The notes: a model not told the origin generated them from the sequence alone. A stretch of DNA of 43,418 bases from a virus (IMGVR_UViG_3300032290_001207:1-43418); one strand, 5' to 3'. Positions 1 through 9,426 are shown, counted from the first letter of the stretch. Translations and numbers: made by a program.

Positions 1-6
1 ACCACA

Positions 7-807
7 TTATAGTGTAAACAACTTCCCGTCAACGACGCATGAATAGTCAGGTGCTACGTGGATCATCTGAATATGCGGGTAGTCATTAACAATGTGAGCA
101 ATTGCAAATCCCTTTTGCCAGTCATGATGTTGCATATACTTCATTCCTGGACCTTTCTCGTCACACATGTGACCAAGTTCATATCCACGAAGTGTTTCTC
201 CTTCGCCGTTATTTCTTAGTTCATATGTAACTAGGTGGGAAGCAATTCTGTGTGAGTGACCTCTAATTAAAGATATCTGTAGGTCTTCCATATCTTTTCT
301 AACCGAGCCAGTTGCTGCAATTGAGAGGCCGTGGTGAACGTGAATATCTCCAAATCGGCGCTTTGGCAATTCATTGTAATGAATATATTCGTAGCCTAAT
401 GAATCTAATCCCCACAATGCTTCTGGGGTAACTTCATTAATATAGTCAGGAAGCTTTGCATCTACATAGTTAAAAATTCTAACATCATGGTTTCCTAAAG
501 CTGAAAAAAGTTGAGCCTCTGGAAGCATCTCTCGTGTCTTTGTATAAAAATCTCTGGCGCCCTTTGCTTCATGGCGCATCATAGGAACAATGAGATCTCG
601 ACTATCGGTCTTGTGAAGGTTTAAAAATTCTGCTGATCTACCTTCTGTGTACTTGCTATAGCATGCTTGATCATCTGTGTCACCAAGGTAGTCAACGACA
701 TCTGGCTTAAACCACTTCATTACTTTAAACCAAAGCGCAATCATCTTGTCATCTTGGTATGGGAATTGCTGGTCGGATGAAATCATCCATTTTAAATCGT
801 TACTCAT
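7..807 (-). CDS. Calcineurin-like metallophosphoesterase
   Basis: Motifs SDQQ (DxH-like), GDTDD, GNHD, HHG and GHSHR occur in the canonical order; 266 aa. Confidence 0.85.
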   Translation of the reverse strand: MSNDLKWMISSDQQFPYQDDKMIALWFKVMKWFKPDVVDYLGDTDDQACYSKYTEGRSAEFLNLHKTDSRDLIVPMMRHEAKGARDFYTKTREMLPEAQLFSALGNHDVRIFNYVDAKLPDYINEVTPEALWGLDSLGYEYIHYNELPKRRFGDIHVHHGLSIAATGSVRKDMEDLQISLIRGHSHRIASHLVTYELRNNGEGETLRGYELGHMCDEKGPGMKYMQHHDWQKGFAIAHIVNDYPHIQMIHVAPDYSCVVDGKLFTL

Positions 808-824
808 TGTCTACCTTAATATGT

Positions 825-849
825 AAAAAAGTCACGGGTACGTGACTTT
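825..849 (-). terminator. Intrinsic terminator-like hairpin
   Basis: Minus strand AAAGTCACG-TACC-CGTGACTTT-TTT: 9-bp perfect stem followed by a U-tract. Confidence 0.6.
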
Positions 850-861
850 GATGTTACAGTA

Positions 862-889
862 ATTGTAACATATTGATACGGTATGTCAA
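862..889 (-). promoter_or_regulatory. Sigma70/SigA-type promoter
   Basis: TTGACA-16nt-TACAAT with a TG extended -10; overlapped by the inverted repeat TGTTACA-N5-TGTAACA (852-870). Confidence 0.7.
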
Positions 890-1327
890 CTATTCAGTTG
901 CTGCGATTGCTAAATAATGTACGCTTATTGTATAAGTGTCTGTTCCTGCTGTTGTCTTTTGAAGTGAAATTGATGCACTTTTTGTGCCAGCGGAAATAAT
1001 CGCTGAGCTTACATCTACACCTGCATCTTTTGATGCTTTAATTTGTAATGAATATATAAATGCAGCGCAGGTTCCAGTAAGAGTGCCTATATAGGTTATT
1101 GGAAAAGTTGTTTCAACGCCATATTTTAAAGTAATTGATTTGGGGGTTGTTTGTCCTGCAAGTAATTTTTTAGCAACGGCACTTGTTGCAGAGGAGTCCA
1201 CAGAGCTTTTAACTCCTTGTATTGAAGCAGATAATCCCGTTTGCCCTGTTTTTAATATCTCTAATTGAGTAATGATTTCATTTAAGTTAGCATTATCTAG
1301 CGGTGCACCCGCATCAAATGTAGCCAT
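890..1327 (-). CDS. Hypothetical protein, possibly tail/fibre-associated
   Basis: 145-aa ORF with GGAGG RBS; N-terminal coiled-coil-like segment followed by a Ser/Thr-rich beta-type segment. Confidence 0.6.
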   Translation of the reverse strand: MATFDAGAPLDNANLNEIITQLEILKTGQTGLSASIQGVKSSVDSSATSAVAKKLLAGQTTPKSITLKYGVETTFPITYIGTLTGTCAAFIYSLQIKASKDAGVDVSSAIISAGTKSASISLQKTTAGTDTYTISVHYLAIAATE

Positions 1328-1330
1328 AAT

Positions 1331-1507
1331 TTAATCCTCCAAAAGACTTGTAGAATATTCTTCTACTGCCTTATCTTTATCTTGTTTTTCATTGATTAAT
1401 TGCGTCAAATCAGCTCTAAGTACGGCTATCTGTGTTTCATAATTTGAAACAATTTCGCCTATTCTTTGCTGAAGTGCTGTAATAATTAATTCTGTTTTAT
1501 CTTGCAC
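1331..1507 (-). CDS. Small coiled-coil protein, 58 aa (not in ORF track)
   Basis: GTG start, translating as MQDKTELIITALQQRIGEIVSNYETQIAVLRADLTQLINEKQDKDKAVEEYSTSLLED*; fills the gap between neighbours and shows a heptad pattern. Confidence 0.75.
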   Translation of the reverse strand: MQDKTELIITALQQRIGEIVSNYETQIAVLRADLTQLINEKQDKDKAVEEYSTSLLED

Positions 1508-1521
1508 TTTTTACCCTATCT

Positions 1522-1734
1522 TTATAGAGATGCTAGTTCTTCTAGAAGAGCATCTATCTTATCTGTGATTATTAATACCTGTGAATTTAGGCTTGAAATC
1601 AATTCTGTATTTTTTTCAGTTACCGCGTTTTCCTCTTTTAATGATACCTGAATACTATACTTGCTGTACTCAAGTGATCTAAGGTGTTGATTGACTATAG
1701 CAGTCTTTTCTTCATTTGTTAATTCATATGTCAT
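1522..1734 (-). CDS. Small coiled-coil hypothetical protein
   Basis: 70 aa with a strong AAGGAGG RBS, directly after a promoter. Confidence 0.8.
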   Translation of the reverse strand: MTYELTNEEKTAIVNQHLRSLEYSKYSIQVSLKEENAVTEKNTELISSLNSQVLIITDKIDALLEELASL

Positions 1735-1751
1735 TTTGTTCCTCCTTTCAT

Positions 1752-1779
1752 ATTATAGCATTTAGGTCAAAATAGTCAA
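1752..1779 (-). promoter_or_regulatory. Sigma70/SigA-type promoter (copy A of duplicated promoter)
   Basis: TTGACT-16nt-TATAAT with TGC extended -10; 28/30 nt identical to 43063-43092. Confidence 0.85.
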
Positions 1780-1791
1780 GCCCTGATACTT

Positions 1792-4700
1792 TTAGCAAAA
1801 GCAATCCGTATCACAAGGACCTGCACAGAAGCAGTATTCACCTGGACAGTTAGTGTTAGTACATGCAGTACATCCTGAAGGGAAGAATGGTGGGACGAAA
1901 TACGGTGGTACGAAGTATGGTGGGAAGAATGGTTGGGCTGGGAAGTACGGTGGTACGAAGTATGGTGGGAAGAATGGTGGTACGAAGTATGGTGGGAAGA
2001 ATGGTGGGACGAAGTATGGTGGGAAGAATGGTGGTACGAAGTATGGTGGGAAGAATGGTGCAACTGCTGCTTGCTGATTTGCGGCGGTAATCAAAGTTGT
2101 CTGTGCCTCATCCCCAGCATCAGACGTTGTATCTCTTACCATTACTGTGGTTGACAATGGAGAATACGTTGTAAGAACGGTTGCTACTGATGAGTTAAAA
2201 TTGACACGGTATTTGCTATTTTGAATTGGCTTAGACGGATAAGAGCTTATGGTAGAACTATCGTTAATAAATGCAAAAGAGTTATCTTGTTCTACAAATC
2301 TATCTATAATTATCATGTCTGCATACTGCTGACCACTATAGAATGTTACTTCATATGTCATTACATTTGATACTGCCCCATACTGATGTCCGCTCCATCT
2401 TATTTTATACTGAGAAGCATTAGACCAATAATAAAGAGATGTTTGAATCATATCTTTTGGCAAGACAACAAATATTGATCCGCTTGTTGGCATTGAAACT
2501 GATGTGTTTGGTAGTACGCTAGAAGAATTTCCTAATGTTATATACCCGTTTGTACAAACGCTTATCCTATTGCCCATAGAAAATGTGTATGTGACTGCTG
2601 CTGCTAAAGCTGAGCTTGTTGTAGTTGCACTTCCAGTTTCATATCCAGCTCTTGTTGTTACTACGGTTACTGTAGCGCTCTGCCCCGCACTTAATCCGCT
2701 TACCGTAAACGACCTTACGTTTCCAATTGCTGTTCCATTACTGACTGATCCAGCACTAACACTTACGGTGTAATTATAACTTGAATTGTAATTAGTTATT
2801 GATCCTGTAAATCCATTGGCTGTGCGAGTATTAGTTCCGAATGTAGTGGTAAGCGCTGGTAGGGAGCTAGTGGAGTAAGAACCACCTGCAGATGTTGTGC
2901 TAAGGTTAGTTCCATCGTATCCAAATAAAGATAATGTGTAAGCAGTACCTGGGGATAGCCCCGAAAATGTGTATGAGCCGCTAGCTGTAGATCCATCAAA
3001 AGATCCACCTACATATGCTCTTGTAGTAGTTGAATTAGCGCCTGCTGTAAAGTTTAATGTTATAGAAGTTGTTGTAGCGCTTGAGCTTGTAATTGTTGGG
3101 GGAGAAGGTATAACTGCTTCTAGAGCTGGTCCAACTTGTGTAGAACCAGCTTCGGTAGAGGTGCCGCTTGCGTTAGTAGCAGTTGCAAATGCTTTAAAGT
3201 AGTTTGGAATGTCTGCAGATGTAATAGTGTATGTTCCAGAGGTGCCGTTAACAGTCGATCCTCTTTGAGGGTCACTAGTTAATACTGGATTAGTTCCATT
3301 ATATAGTCTTAAGCTGTAGCTTGTTGGTGATCCAGACCACCCTGTAGTTGAAAAAGTTATAATGCTTCCAACTCTATAGTTTCCTGTATTTGTAGATATA
3401 GAAACTGTTCCGCCTGAAGGTATCGGTTCTCTTAAATCTACTTCAATTGTATTTGAATCTACTTCTCCTTGAGAGTTACCTGCTCTAATTAAAAGATAAT
3501 AAGAGTATCCAGCGCCAAGGCCAGTAAAAGATTGTGGTGATGAGAGCCCTGTTATATTTTTAGTAAAGGCGGAAGAAGCTGGGAGTTGAACTATCTTGGC
3601 ACGTAAATAGTATGTTGTTGCTAACCCTCCATTCCCAAGTTGCGATAAGGCTGTAAATACTGCTTGCAAGGATGTGTTTGATGTTTTAGATGCAGAAGAC
3701 AATACTGGCTGCTGTGGCTTTGTAGTTATTACAACAGCATTTGAAATAGTAGAAGAGGACGAATATCCAAAAGAAGTATGTGACCAAATTTTGACCTTTA
3801 ATGTCCAGCCAGAAGAAAATCCAGATAGCTGTGTCGAGGTTTCGGATATTTGATCTGACCAAGTATACCAAGTTTGATAGTTATCGCTTGAGTATGCATA
3901 CTGAACTCTATAATAATCTGGTGTCGGGCCAGATGAAGATGGGGTCCATGAAACATTTATAAGAGCATTAGCGTAATCAGAACCAGAGACAAGTGCTGCG
4001 GTTACGGTAGTTGGCGGCAAAGCCAGTGTTTGCTGCTCTATAGTAACTGGGCTTTGGCTTAATGCAACCACAGACAAAGAGTCTGCTTTTGTTGCAACTA
4101 CTCTAAATCTATAATAGTTTACCTGTGGAATGTTTGTTCCAGCTTTAAGGCCTGGGGCTGGAGCAAGGTATGTTTTTGTATTTGATAGTCCTGCTGCTGG
4201 GTTTGTTATTGTTCCGCTTGAAACTACATTCCATCTTGGGCTATCGACGGTTGGATCAGTACTGCTAGTAGGGATATAGTCATAAGGTTCATTTGGGTCT
4301 GGCGTAGCCATATCAAAATAATAATTCAATGTATATGATCCAAGGTTAGTCCAGTTATAATTTGTTCCAGTTATAGTTGTTGGGCCATAAATACTAGCAG
4401 ATGATATGTCTGGGTCCTGGCCTTCTGGTAAGTTGGCCCCAACAGAATCTATATTAAAGGATGCCCTTTGTATAGTAGGTTCATTGTCCTGTTTAGTGTC
4501 TTGTGCATAAAACCATAAGGTTAAATAATAGTCATATTGATATGGATTATAATTAGGAACTGCAATATAATTTCCTGTAGGGGTGGTGTTTCCAGTTATT
4601 CCAAATTGAGTCAATTGACTTGTTGTCAATAAATAAGTTTGCGGTTCATAAAAATTGGGGTCAGTAAAAGAAACAATTTCGATTTCTACTTTAGATACAT

Positions 4701-5331
4701 CTGACGCAGTGATTCCGCTCCCAGCATATGACCAAGCAATGCTAGTTGATTTGTATACAGTTGACTGTGCAACAAGCTGTGGATTTAGATCTTTATATGA
4801 TAAATAGTATGGGTTGTATATTATTCCTTCTGTTCTTGGTAAAGTTTCTCCAGTCAACCCATATTTGTTTTTAGCATATACAATTGCTCTAAAATAATAA
4901 GAAGGTCTATTTGTATCTCCCTTTGTTATAGTGTATGTTAATGATGTTACGGACATGCTAAAGGCTGACTCTTTGACAGTTGTCCAAATTCCAGTTAGTG
5001 GGTTTTCTGAGAATTGAATTTTTATATGATAGTAGATTGGATCATAGGAGGATGACATTCTTTGCCAGTTGCCCCTTGTTACTGTTATTACTGACCCCTG
5101 TGTAAATTCTCCACTACCTAATCTTGAGTTAGTTGAAAGTGTTGGTCCAGAACCTAATACTGGTCTTGGTCTATTTGTAACATCTACAGATGAAAATACG
5201 TTCTTCCATCCAGTGCTTGTTTTAACATATGCATTTTCTACTGACTCCCAGAGTTGGTTTCCTTTATTTAATAATACGTCTGTTATTATTTTCCAGCCAG
5301 TGCTGGTCTTTATTCTAATTTGTTGGACCAT
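1792..5331 (-). CDS. Tail fibre / receptor-binding-like protein with Ig/FN3-like domains, Pro-Phe-Tyr repeat and 8-Cys C-terminus
   Basis: 1179 aa; Ser/Thr-rich beta-sandwich repeats with FN3 hallmarks (VSWTP, FTGLGAGYSYY, FSGLSPGTAYTL, VSGLSAGQS); last large gene of the tail module. Confidence 0.8.
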   Translation of the reverse strand: MVQQIRIKTSTGWKIITDVLLNKGNQLWESVENAYVKTSTGWKNVFSSVDVTNRPRPVLGSGPTLSTNSRLGSGEFTQGSVITVTRGNWQRMSSSYDPIYYHIKIQFSENPLTGIWTTVKESAFSMSVTSLTYTITKGDTNRPSYYFRAIVYAKNKYGLTGETLPRTEGIIYNPYYLSYKDLNPQLVAQSTVYKSTSIAWSYAGSGITASDVSKVEIEIVSFTDPNFYEPQTYLLTTSQLTQFGITGNTTPTGNYIAVPNYNPYQYDYYLTLWFYAQDTKQDNEPTIQRASFNIDSVGANLPEGQDPDISSASIYGPTTITGTNYNWTNLGSYTLNYYFDMATPDPNEPYDYIPTSSTDPTVDSPRWNVVSSGTITNPAAGLSNTKTYLAPAPGLKAGTNIPQVNYYRFRVVATKADSLSVVALSQSPVTIEQQTLALPPTTVTAALVSGSDYANALINVSWTPSSSGPTPDYYRVQYAYSSDNYQTWYTWSDQISETSTQLSGFSSGWTLKVKIWSHTSFGYSSSSTISNAVVITTKPQQPVLSSASKTSNTSLQAVFTALSQLGNGGLATTYYLRAKIVQLPASSAFTKNITGLSSPQSFTGLGAGYSYYLLIRAGNSQGEVDSNTIEVDLREPIPSGGTVSISTNTGNYRVGSIITFSTTGWSGSPTSYSLRLYNGTNPVLTSDPQRGSTVNGTSGTYTITSADIPNYFKAFATATNASGTSTEAGSTQVGPALEAVIPSPPTITSSSATTTSITLNFTAGANSTTTRAYVGGSFDGSTASGSYTFSGLSPGTAYTLSLFGYDGTNLSTTSAGGSYSTSSLPALTTTFGTNTRTANGFTGSITNYNSSYNYTVSVSAGSVSNGTAIGNVRSFTVSGLSAGQSATVTVVTTRAGYETGSATTTSSALAAAVTYTFSMGNRISVCTNGYITLGNSSSVLPNTSVSMPTSGSIFVVLPKDMIQTSLYYWSNASQYKIRWSGHQYGAVSNVMTYEVTFYSGQQYADMIIIDRFVEQDNSFAFINDSSTISSYPSKPIQNSKYRVNFNSSVATVLTTYSPLSTTVMVRDTTSDAGDEAQTTLITAANQQAAVAPFFPPYFVPPFFPPYFVPPFFPPYFVPPFFPPYFVPPYFPAQPFFPPYFVPPYFVPPFFPSGCTACTNTNCPGEYCFCAGPCDTDCFC
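1879..2058 (-). repeat. Coding tandem repeat, 27-nt unit encoding VPPFFPPYF (12/15-nt subunits)
   Basis: Unit ggtgggaagaatggtggtacgaagtat repeated on the + strand; 60 codons, almost all P/F/Y/V. Confidence 0.95.
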
Positions 5332-8300
5332 TATGATCCAGCCTTATAAACGAATACTACGTCTCCACTTTTTGCATTAGGATACTTGGCTGTAGTCCAA
5401 TATGTTTCTTCCATAGTAAAAATATTTCTGAGTCCGCCAGATAAATAGTTTTCAGAACTTCCAGCAACCTGTGCTGATTTCATAACTTGAGTTTGTCTTG
5501 CTTTTGACCCATTTGCAGCAGGTGCACCAAGATACAGTCTGCCTTCATCTGCTTGTGCTAAATCTCCATAAACTCCCCCGCCTAAGTCATTGCCAACTAT
5601 ATTTGAAACTTTTAATATATCTTGACCATTTTCACCAGTAATTTGGAAAATGTTTACCAAACCTTCAAATGAATCTTTAATAGTGTAGCTTCCCATTTTA
5701 ATAGACATTCCGCTAGCATCGCCAATCATATACTGCGTCGCGTTTCCTAATCTAAAATTACCTGAACTTAATATATATGCAGTAGTCTCTGCAGATCCTG
5801 CTCTGAAATCTCCATAGATCTCTGCATCATATGCAATTAGCTTTCCATTTAGTGATGCAATTGATACAGTTGGCTTTGTTCCATTATATGCAAAAAATCC
5901 TGCAGAATCAATCTTTATTCCAAGAGCATTATCGGTTCCAGCAGTCGGTGATGTTTTAAATGAGTTAGCAATAATTTTTCCACCAGAGATTTCTCCAGTT
6001 TCTCCATCTAAGACTAGGGCCGAGGTGCCAGCAGAATATCCAACAGACTGTATTTTTGTACCAGTAATTTCAAAACCTTTTATGTTTGTATTAGTTGCGT
6101 TTTGACCAAAAAATCCAGACACTGCTGTTATTTTTCCAGTTAGATCTACGTCTGTAGCTGTAACTTTACCGCCATATGTTACTTTAAATTTTGTTGCCGT
6201 ATCTGTTCTTGTGCCTCCAGCCCAAATCATTACATCAGAAGATGTTGGATTGTCTGGGTGATACAGTCCTATTTGATTAGAGCTGTTTATTGAATTTGCA
6301 TCAATTTCCCAGCCACCAATTTTTCCCTTTTTTGTAACTATTCCGTCAATTGTGTCTAGCTGAAAATATTGATTTGCTCCGTTTGTTCCCTGTATTCCTA
6401 CTTGGCCTGTTGGCGTACCAGATTCATTTTTTAGCTTGCCGAATTCAATCTTTCCGCCAGTTGTTATTAAAGTAATTTGTCCATCTATTGTGCTAGTTAC
6501 TGGTACGCCGCCTACAATTTTAGTTACTGGTCCTCCGATAGTAATATCTCCAAGCACTCCAGCAGTTGCATTTATTGTTCCGTTTACTGTTGCGTCTACC
6601 ATCTTTACAATTCCAGATGAGTTTACAGTAAATGGTGCTACGCTATCCGTTAAGCCACCAACTCTAATTGATCCTCCAAGAACATTAATGTCTCTTGCTA
6701 TTACAGATCCTCCTTTTGTTACAGAAAACTTTGCATCTTTATTTATATTTGCAGAGTATCCACCAGTTTCTCCAGCACCTGCCCAAAATGCATATGTTCC
6801 GCTTGGTGACAACCCAGTGTATGAATCAGTGCCTGCATGTAATGTATTTTCAATTTTTCCAGGGTAAATCATCCAGTCAGCAATTTTTGCTCTTGTTGTT
6901 ATAAATGTTGGTGAGGCTGATGAGGCATCACCAATTATTTGAGTTGTCGCATTAGTGCCATTTGTATCGTCGGCATCATAAAAGAATAAACCTCTTTTAT
7001 TAAATACTCCTCTTGCACCTGATTGTTTTGCTGTCCCGTCGGGGTTTAGATCTCCAGTAAATATAGATCCCAGTGTTGCAAAAGTAACTGGGTTTTCAAT
7101 TAAAGAGAGGGCGCCAACGTCTAAAATTAATACTTTTGAGGGAAGAGACATGCTTGCAAACCCATCAACATAATTCCATCTTCCCTTTACCCAGACTTCA
7201 TTACCAGAACTTGCCTCATCGTATACTACAACTGGGCTAGATCCTGAGCTTGCTACTAAAGTATAAGTTCCATTTTCCGTAGCGCTTTGATAAATTTCAA
7301 TACCTGTAGCTGATTTATTAAATGTTGATGAAACCACATACCCGTTTGCCATTGGCGATACGGATATGGTTGTTGTTATCCCTGAAAGGAAGTTTGGCTT
7401 AGTGACCGATGACAAGCCTGTAATCGGAACTTGTGTAAAGTTTTCATTTCTATATATATCTAAATCAGTAACATATCCGCTTGTAAATGAACTTGGAGAA
7501 GATGCAAATTGTCCTATTATTTCATTTTCAGTTATTGTTACTGAGGTACTGCCAGTTGTGACATCTAAATATTTTTCAAAATGCTTTGTATTTCCAGAAT
7601 AAGTTAAAAACACTTTAACAGAAGTTGGCGGGTTTTCGGCTGGCATATCGAACGATACAACCAAATTTCTTCCACTCCAAGATCCAACTGGATTAACAAT
7701 TGGGTCTGGTGGCAACTTGTCAGATTCTAAAGAATCAAAAGCCTTAATAGATTTAACAGATGATGCAACTCCAGAGCATGTGCCATAAGATAGGTGTTGA
7801 ATTTTTATGTACTTCAAGTTAAAGTCATCAAATTTTAATGTGGCTGGGCCCTTTCCTTCATACCTCTGAACAAATGGACCAGCCTCCGAGTTTCCTACAA
7901 AAACTAAAGTTCCTTTATATGTTGACTTTAAAGTAACTGCACCGCTCCATGATACTGTTGCGCCTTTATCAATAGATGTTACAGACCAGTCAGAGGACTG
8001 AATGGCTGTAGAGCAAACTGGGTCTGAGTAGACTGGAACTGAAAAAACAACCCCGACGCTTGCTGCATTTATATAATCTGTTCTTAAGAATCCAGAAAGC
8101 GTGGTTTGAAAAACATTGCCAAAATTTGCCATTATCTGTTCTCTAGTTATAAGCATTTTTTGATTAGTTGTAGTCACATCTTTTTTGTGCCCAAAGTAAA
8201 CTGTCCTTGGTGTTCCTAGAACGTTACCAGTTAATTCAATTTGAAACCCAGTAGAATGTGTAGGGGATTTCCAAACAATCTGTAGACTATCTTCAATCCA

Positions 8301-8537
8301 TGTAGCAACAATATCTGTTGACTCCGCCAATGGCAATGGTATGGTTTGCACAAGAAATGTGTTTGACCAAAGCGTATTATATTTTGCATTTAAATCTTCA
8401 TCCTCAAAAACCCATTGAAAATTAAATCCATATAGGGTATCGGCAGTAAGACCTTTAACATCTGTATTAAAATAATTTTTGTCAGATGGGTCAAAATACT
8501 GTGTTACCTGTAGATCAGGGAATTGAGAATTACCCAC
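5331..8537 (-). CDS. Minor tail protein / central fibre-spike-like protein
   Basis: 1068 aa; Ig-like N-terminal half and Gly-rich beta repeats (AKIADWMI, GKIGGWEI, WAG...FxVTxGG) typical of phage tail spikes; stop/start coupled to neighbours. Confidence 0.75.
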   Translation of the reverse strand: MGNSQFPDLQVTQYFDPSDKNYFNTDVKGLTADTLYGFNFQWVFEDEDLNAKYNTLWSNTFLVQTIPLPLAESTDIVATWIEDSLQIVWKSPTHSTGFQIELTGNVLGTPRTVYFGHKKDVTTTNQKMLITREQIMANFGNVFQTTLSGFLRTDYINAASVGVVFSVPVYSDPVCSTAIQSSDWSVTSIDKGATVSWSGAVTLKSTYKGTLVFVGNSEAGPFVQRYEGKGPATLKFDDFNLKYIKIQHLSYGTCSGVASSVKSIKAFDSLESDKLPPDPIVNPVGSWSGRNLVVSFDMPAENPPTSVKVFLTYSGNTKHFEKYLDVTTGSTSVTITENEIIGQFASSPSSFTSGYVTDLDIYRNENFTQVPITGLSSVTKPNFLSGITTTISVSPMANGYVVSSTFNKSATGIEIYQSATENGTYTLVASSGSSPVVVYDEASSGNEVWVKGRWNYVDGFASMSLPSKVLILDVGALSLIENPVTFATLGSIFTGDLNPDGTAKQSGARGVFNKRGLFFYDADDTNGTNATTQIIGDASSASPTFITTRAKIADWMIYPGKIENTLHAGTDSYTGLSPSGTYAFWAGAGETGGYSANINKDAKFSVTKGGSVIARDINVLGGSIRVGGLTDSVAPFTVNSSGIVKMVDATVNGTINATAGVLGDITIGGPVTKIVGGVPVTSTIDGQITLITTGGKIEFGKLKNESGTPTGQVGIQGTNGANQYFQLDTIDGIVTKKGKIGGWEIDANSINSSNQIGLYHPDNPTSSDVMIWAGGTRTDTATKFKVTYGGKVTATDVDLTGKITAVSGFFGQNATNTNIKGFEITGTKIQSVGYSAGTSALVLDGETGEISGGKIIANSFKTSPTAGTDNALGIKIDSAGFFAYNGTKPTVSIASLNGKLIAYDAEIYGDFRAGSAETTAYILSSGNFRLGNATQYMIGDASGMSIKMGSYTIKDSFEGLVNIFQITGENGQDILKVSNIVGNDLGGGVYGDLAQADEGRLYLGAPAANGSKARQTQVMKSAQVAGSSENYLSGGLRNIFTMEETYWTTAKYPNAKSGDVVFVYKAGS

Positions 8538-9426
8538 TAAATGAAATCTCCAATCTAAACTCTATGTCTGCTGGTCTTCCTGCCATTTTTTCAAGTGGTG
8601 TTGCAAGGATTGATCTTGATATTAATCCATATGCGGCATCAAAAGTATCTTCATCATTTATTCTTAAGCCTTCTAGGTTGATAGTAGTTGACCCAGTATT
8701 TTTAGCAGTTGCCGCTATCCCAACTTTATAAATAGAACTCATGTCTGGGTTTCCTGCGGAAGCTAAAAGAGATGAAAATGTTGTGGACAAGACCTTGTTG
8801 CCAGAAGTTAGCGGGGCAGCAATTGTTGTATAGAAGTATTCAGTATCAGAGCTATAAAACTTAATTGTTATTGATGATAAGTTAGTATCAGATTGATTAT
8901 AGGCAAGGACAATGGTGTCATTACCACTGTACCCGCTAATACTAAATGTTCCAATATCTGAAACATATTCTTTGCTTGTGCTAGAGGCTGCGGTGATTGG
9001 TATTAATGCATTTCCTATTCTTGGGAACGGAGCAACTGTTGGGCTAGATATTATACTCGCTGGGACGGATGTGGAATCTAGCCATAACAAATTGTTTTCA
9101 AAATCAGAAATCATATTGCTGTCAGAATTAAGATTAGAGGTTTTTAATTGTGGGTACAGCCCAACTTCAGTAATTATTCCAGCCACATCTTGTGGCAAGG
9201 TTGCTTTATAGATTACAGCATATGTTGTATTAGAGCCTACCGTTTGAATGTCTATGCTGCCAAAGCTTGCTTGAATTCTGTAAAACTCAAATCCCAATCT
9301 GCTATTTGTATCGGACAAAGCGTAGTCTGCATTTGTTGCTATCCCAACCGCTATATCTTTTTTAATAAATCCAGGTGCTCCAGCTAGATAGGATGTTAAA
9401 AACCTTTTTCCAAATTTTGTAATCAT
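8530..9426 (-). CDS. Minor tail / baseplate-associated protein
   Basis: 298 aa; MITKFGKRFLTSYLAG start and ITEVGLY motif resemble fibre-attachment N-termini; position in tail module. Confidence 0.6.
   Translation of the reverse strand: MITKFGKRFLTSYLAGAPGFIKKDIAVGIATNADYALSDTNSRLGFEFYRIQASFGSIDIQTVGSNTTYAVIYKATLPQDVAGIITEVGLYPQLKTSNLNSDSNMISDFENNLLWLDSTSVPASIISSPTVAPFPRIGNALIPITAASSTSKEYVSDIGTFSISGYSGNDTIVLAYNQSDTNLSSITIKFYSSDTEYFYTTIAAPLTSGNKVLSTTFSSLLASAGNPDMSSIYKVGIAATAKNTGSTTINLEGLRINDEDTFDAAYGLISRSILATPLEKMAGRPADIEFRLEISFSG

Noticed and set aside
1795-1872. DGR variable/template repeat pair with 43104-43181
   Set aside because: Differences are not adenine-specific (many TGT/TGC and other non-A changes), both copies are coding, and no reverse transcriptase is visible in the window.
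1879-2058. CRISPR array (also considered for 43194-43418)
   Set aside because: Units are directly tandem with no unique spacers, lengths are multiples of 3 inside a CDS, and no cas genes are present.
1776-2154. Overlapping ORFs with striking repeats (HHSSHHTSY; GGKNGGTKY; WWEEWWYEV; MVGRMVVRS)
   Set aside because: These are alternative-frame and antisense shadows of the 27-nt repeat. Only the PPFF/PPYF frame is continuous with a long gene and ends in the Cys motif conserved in the second copy.
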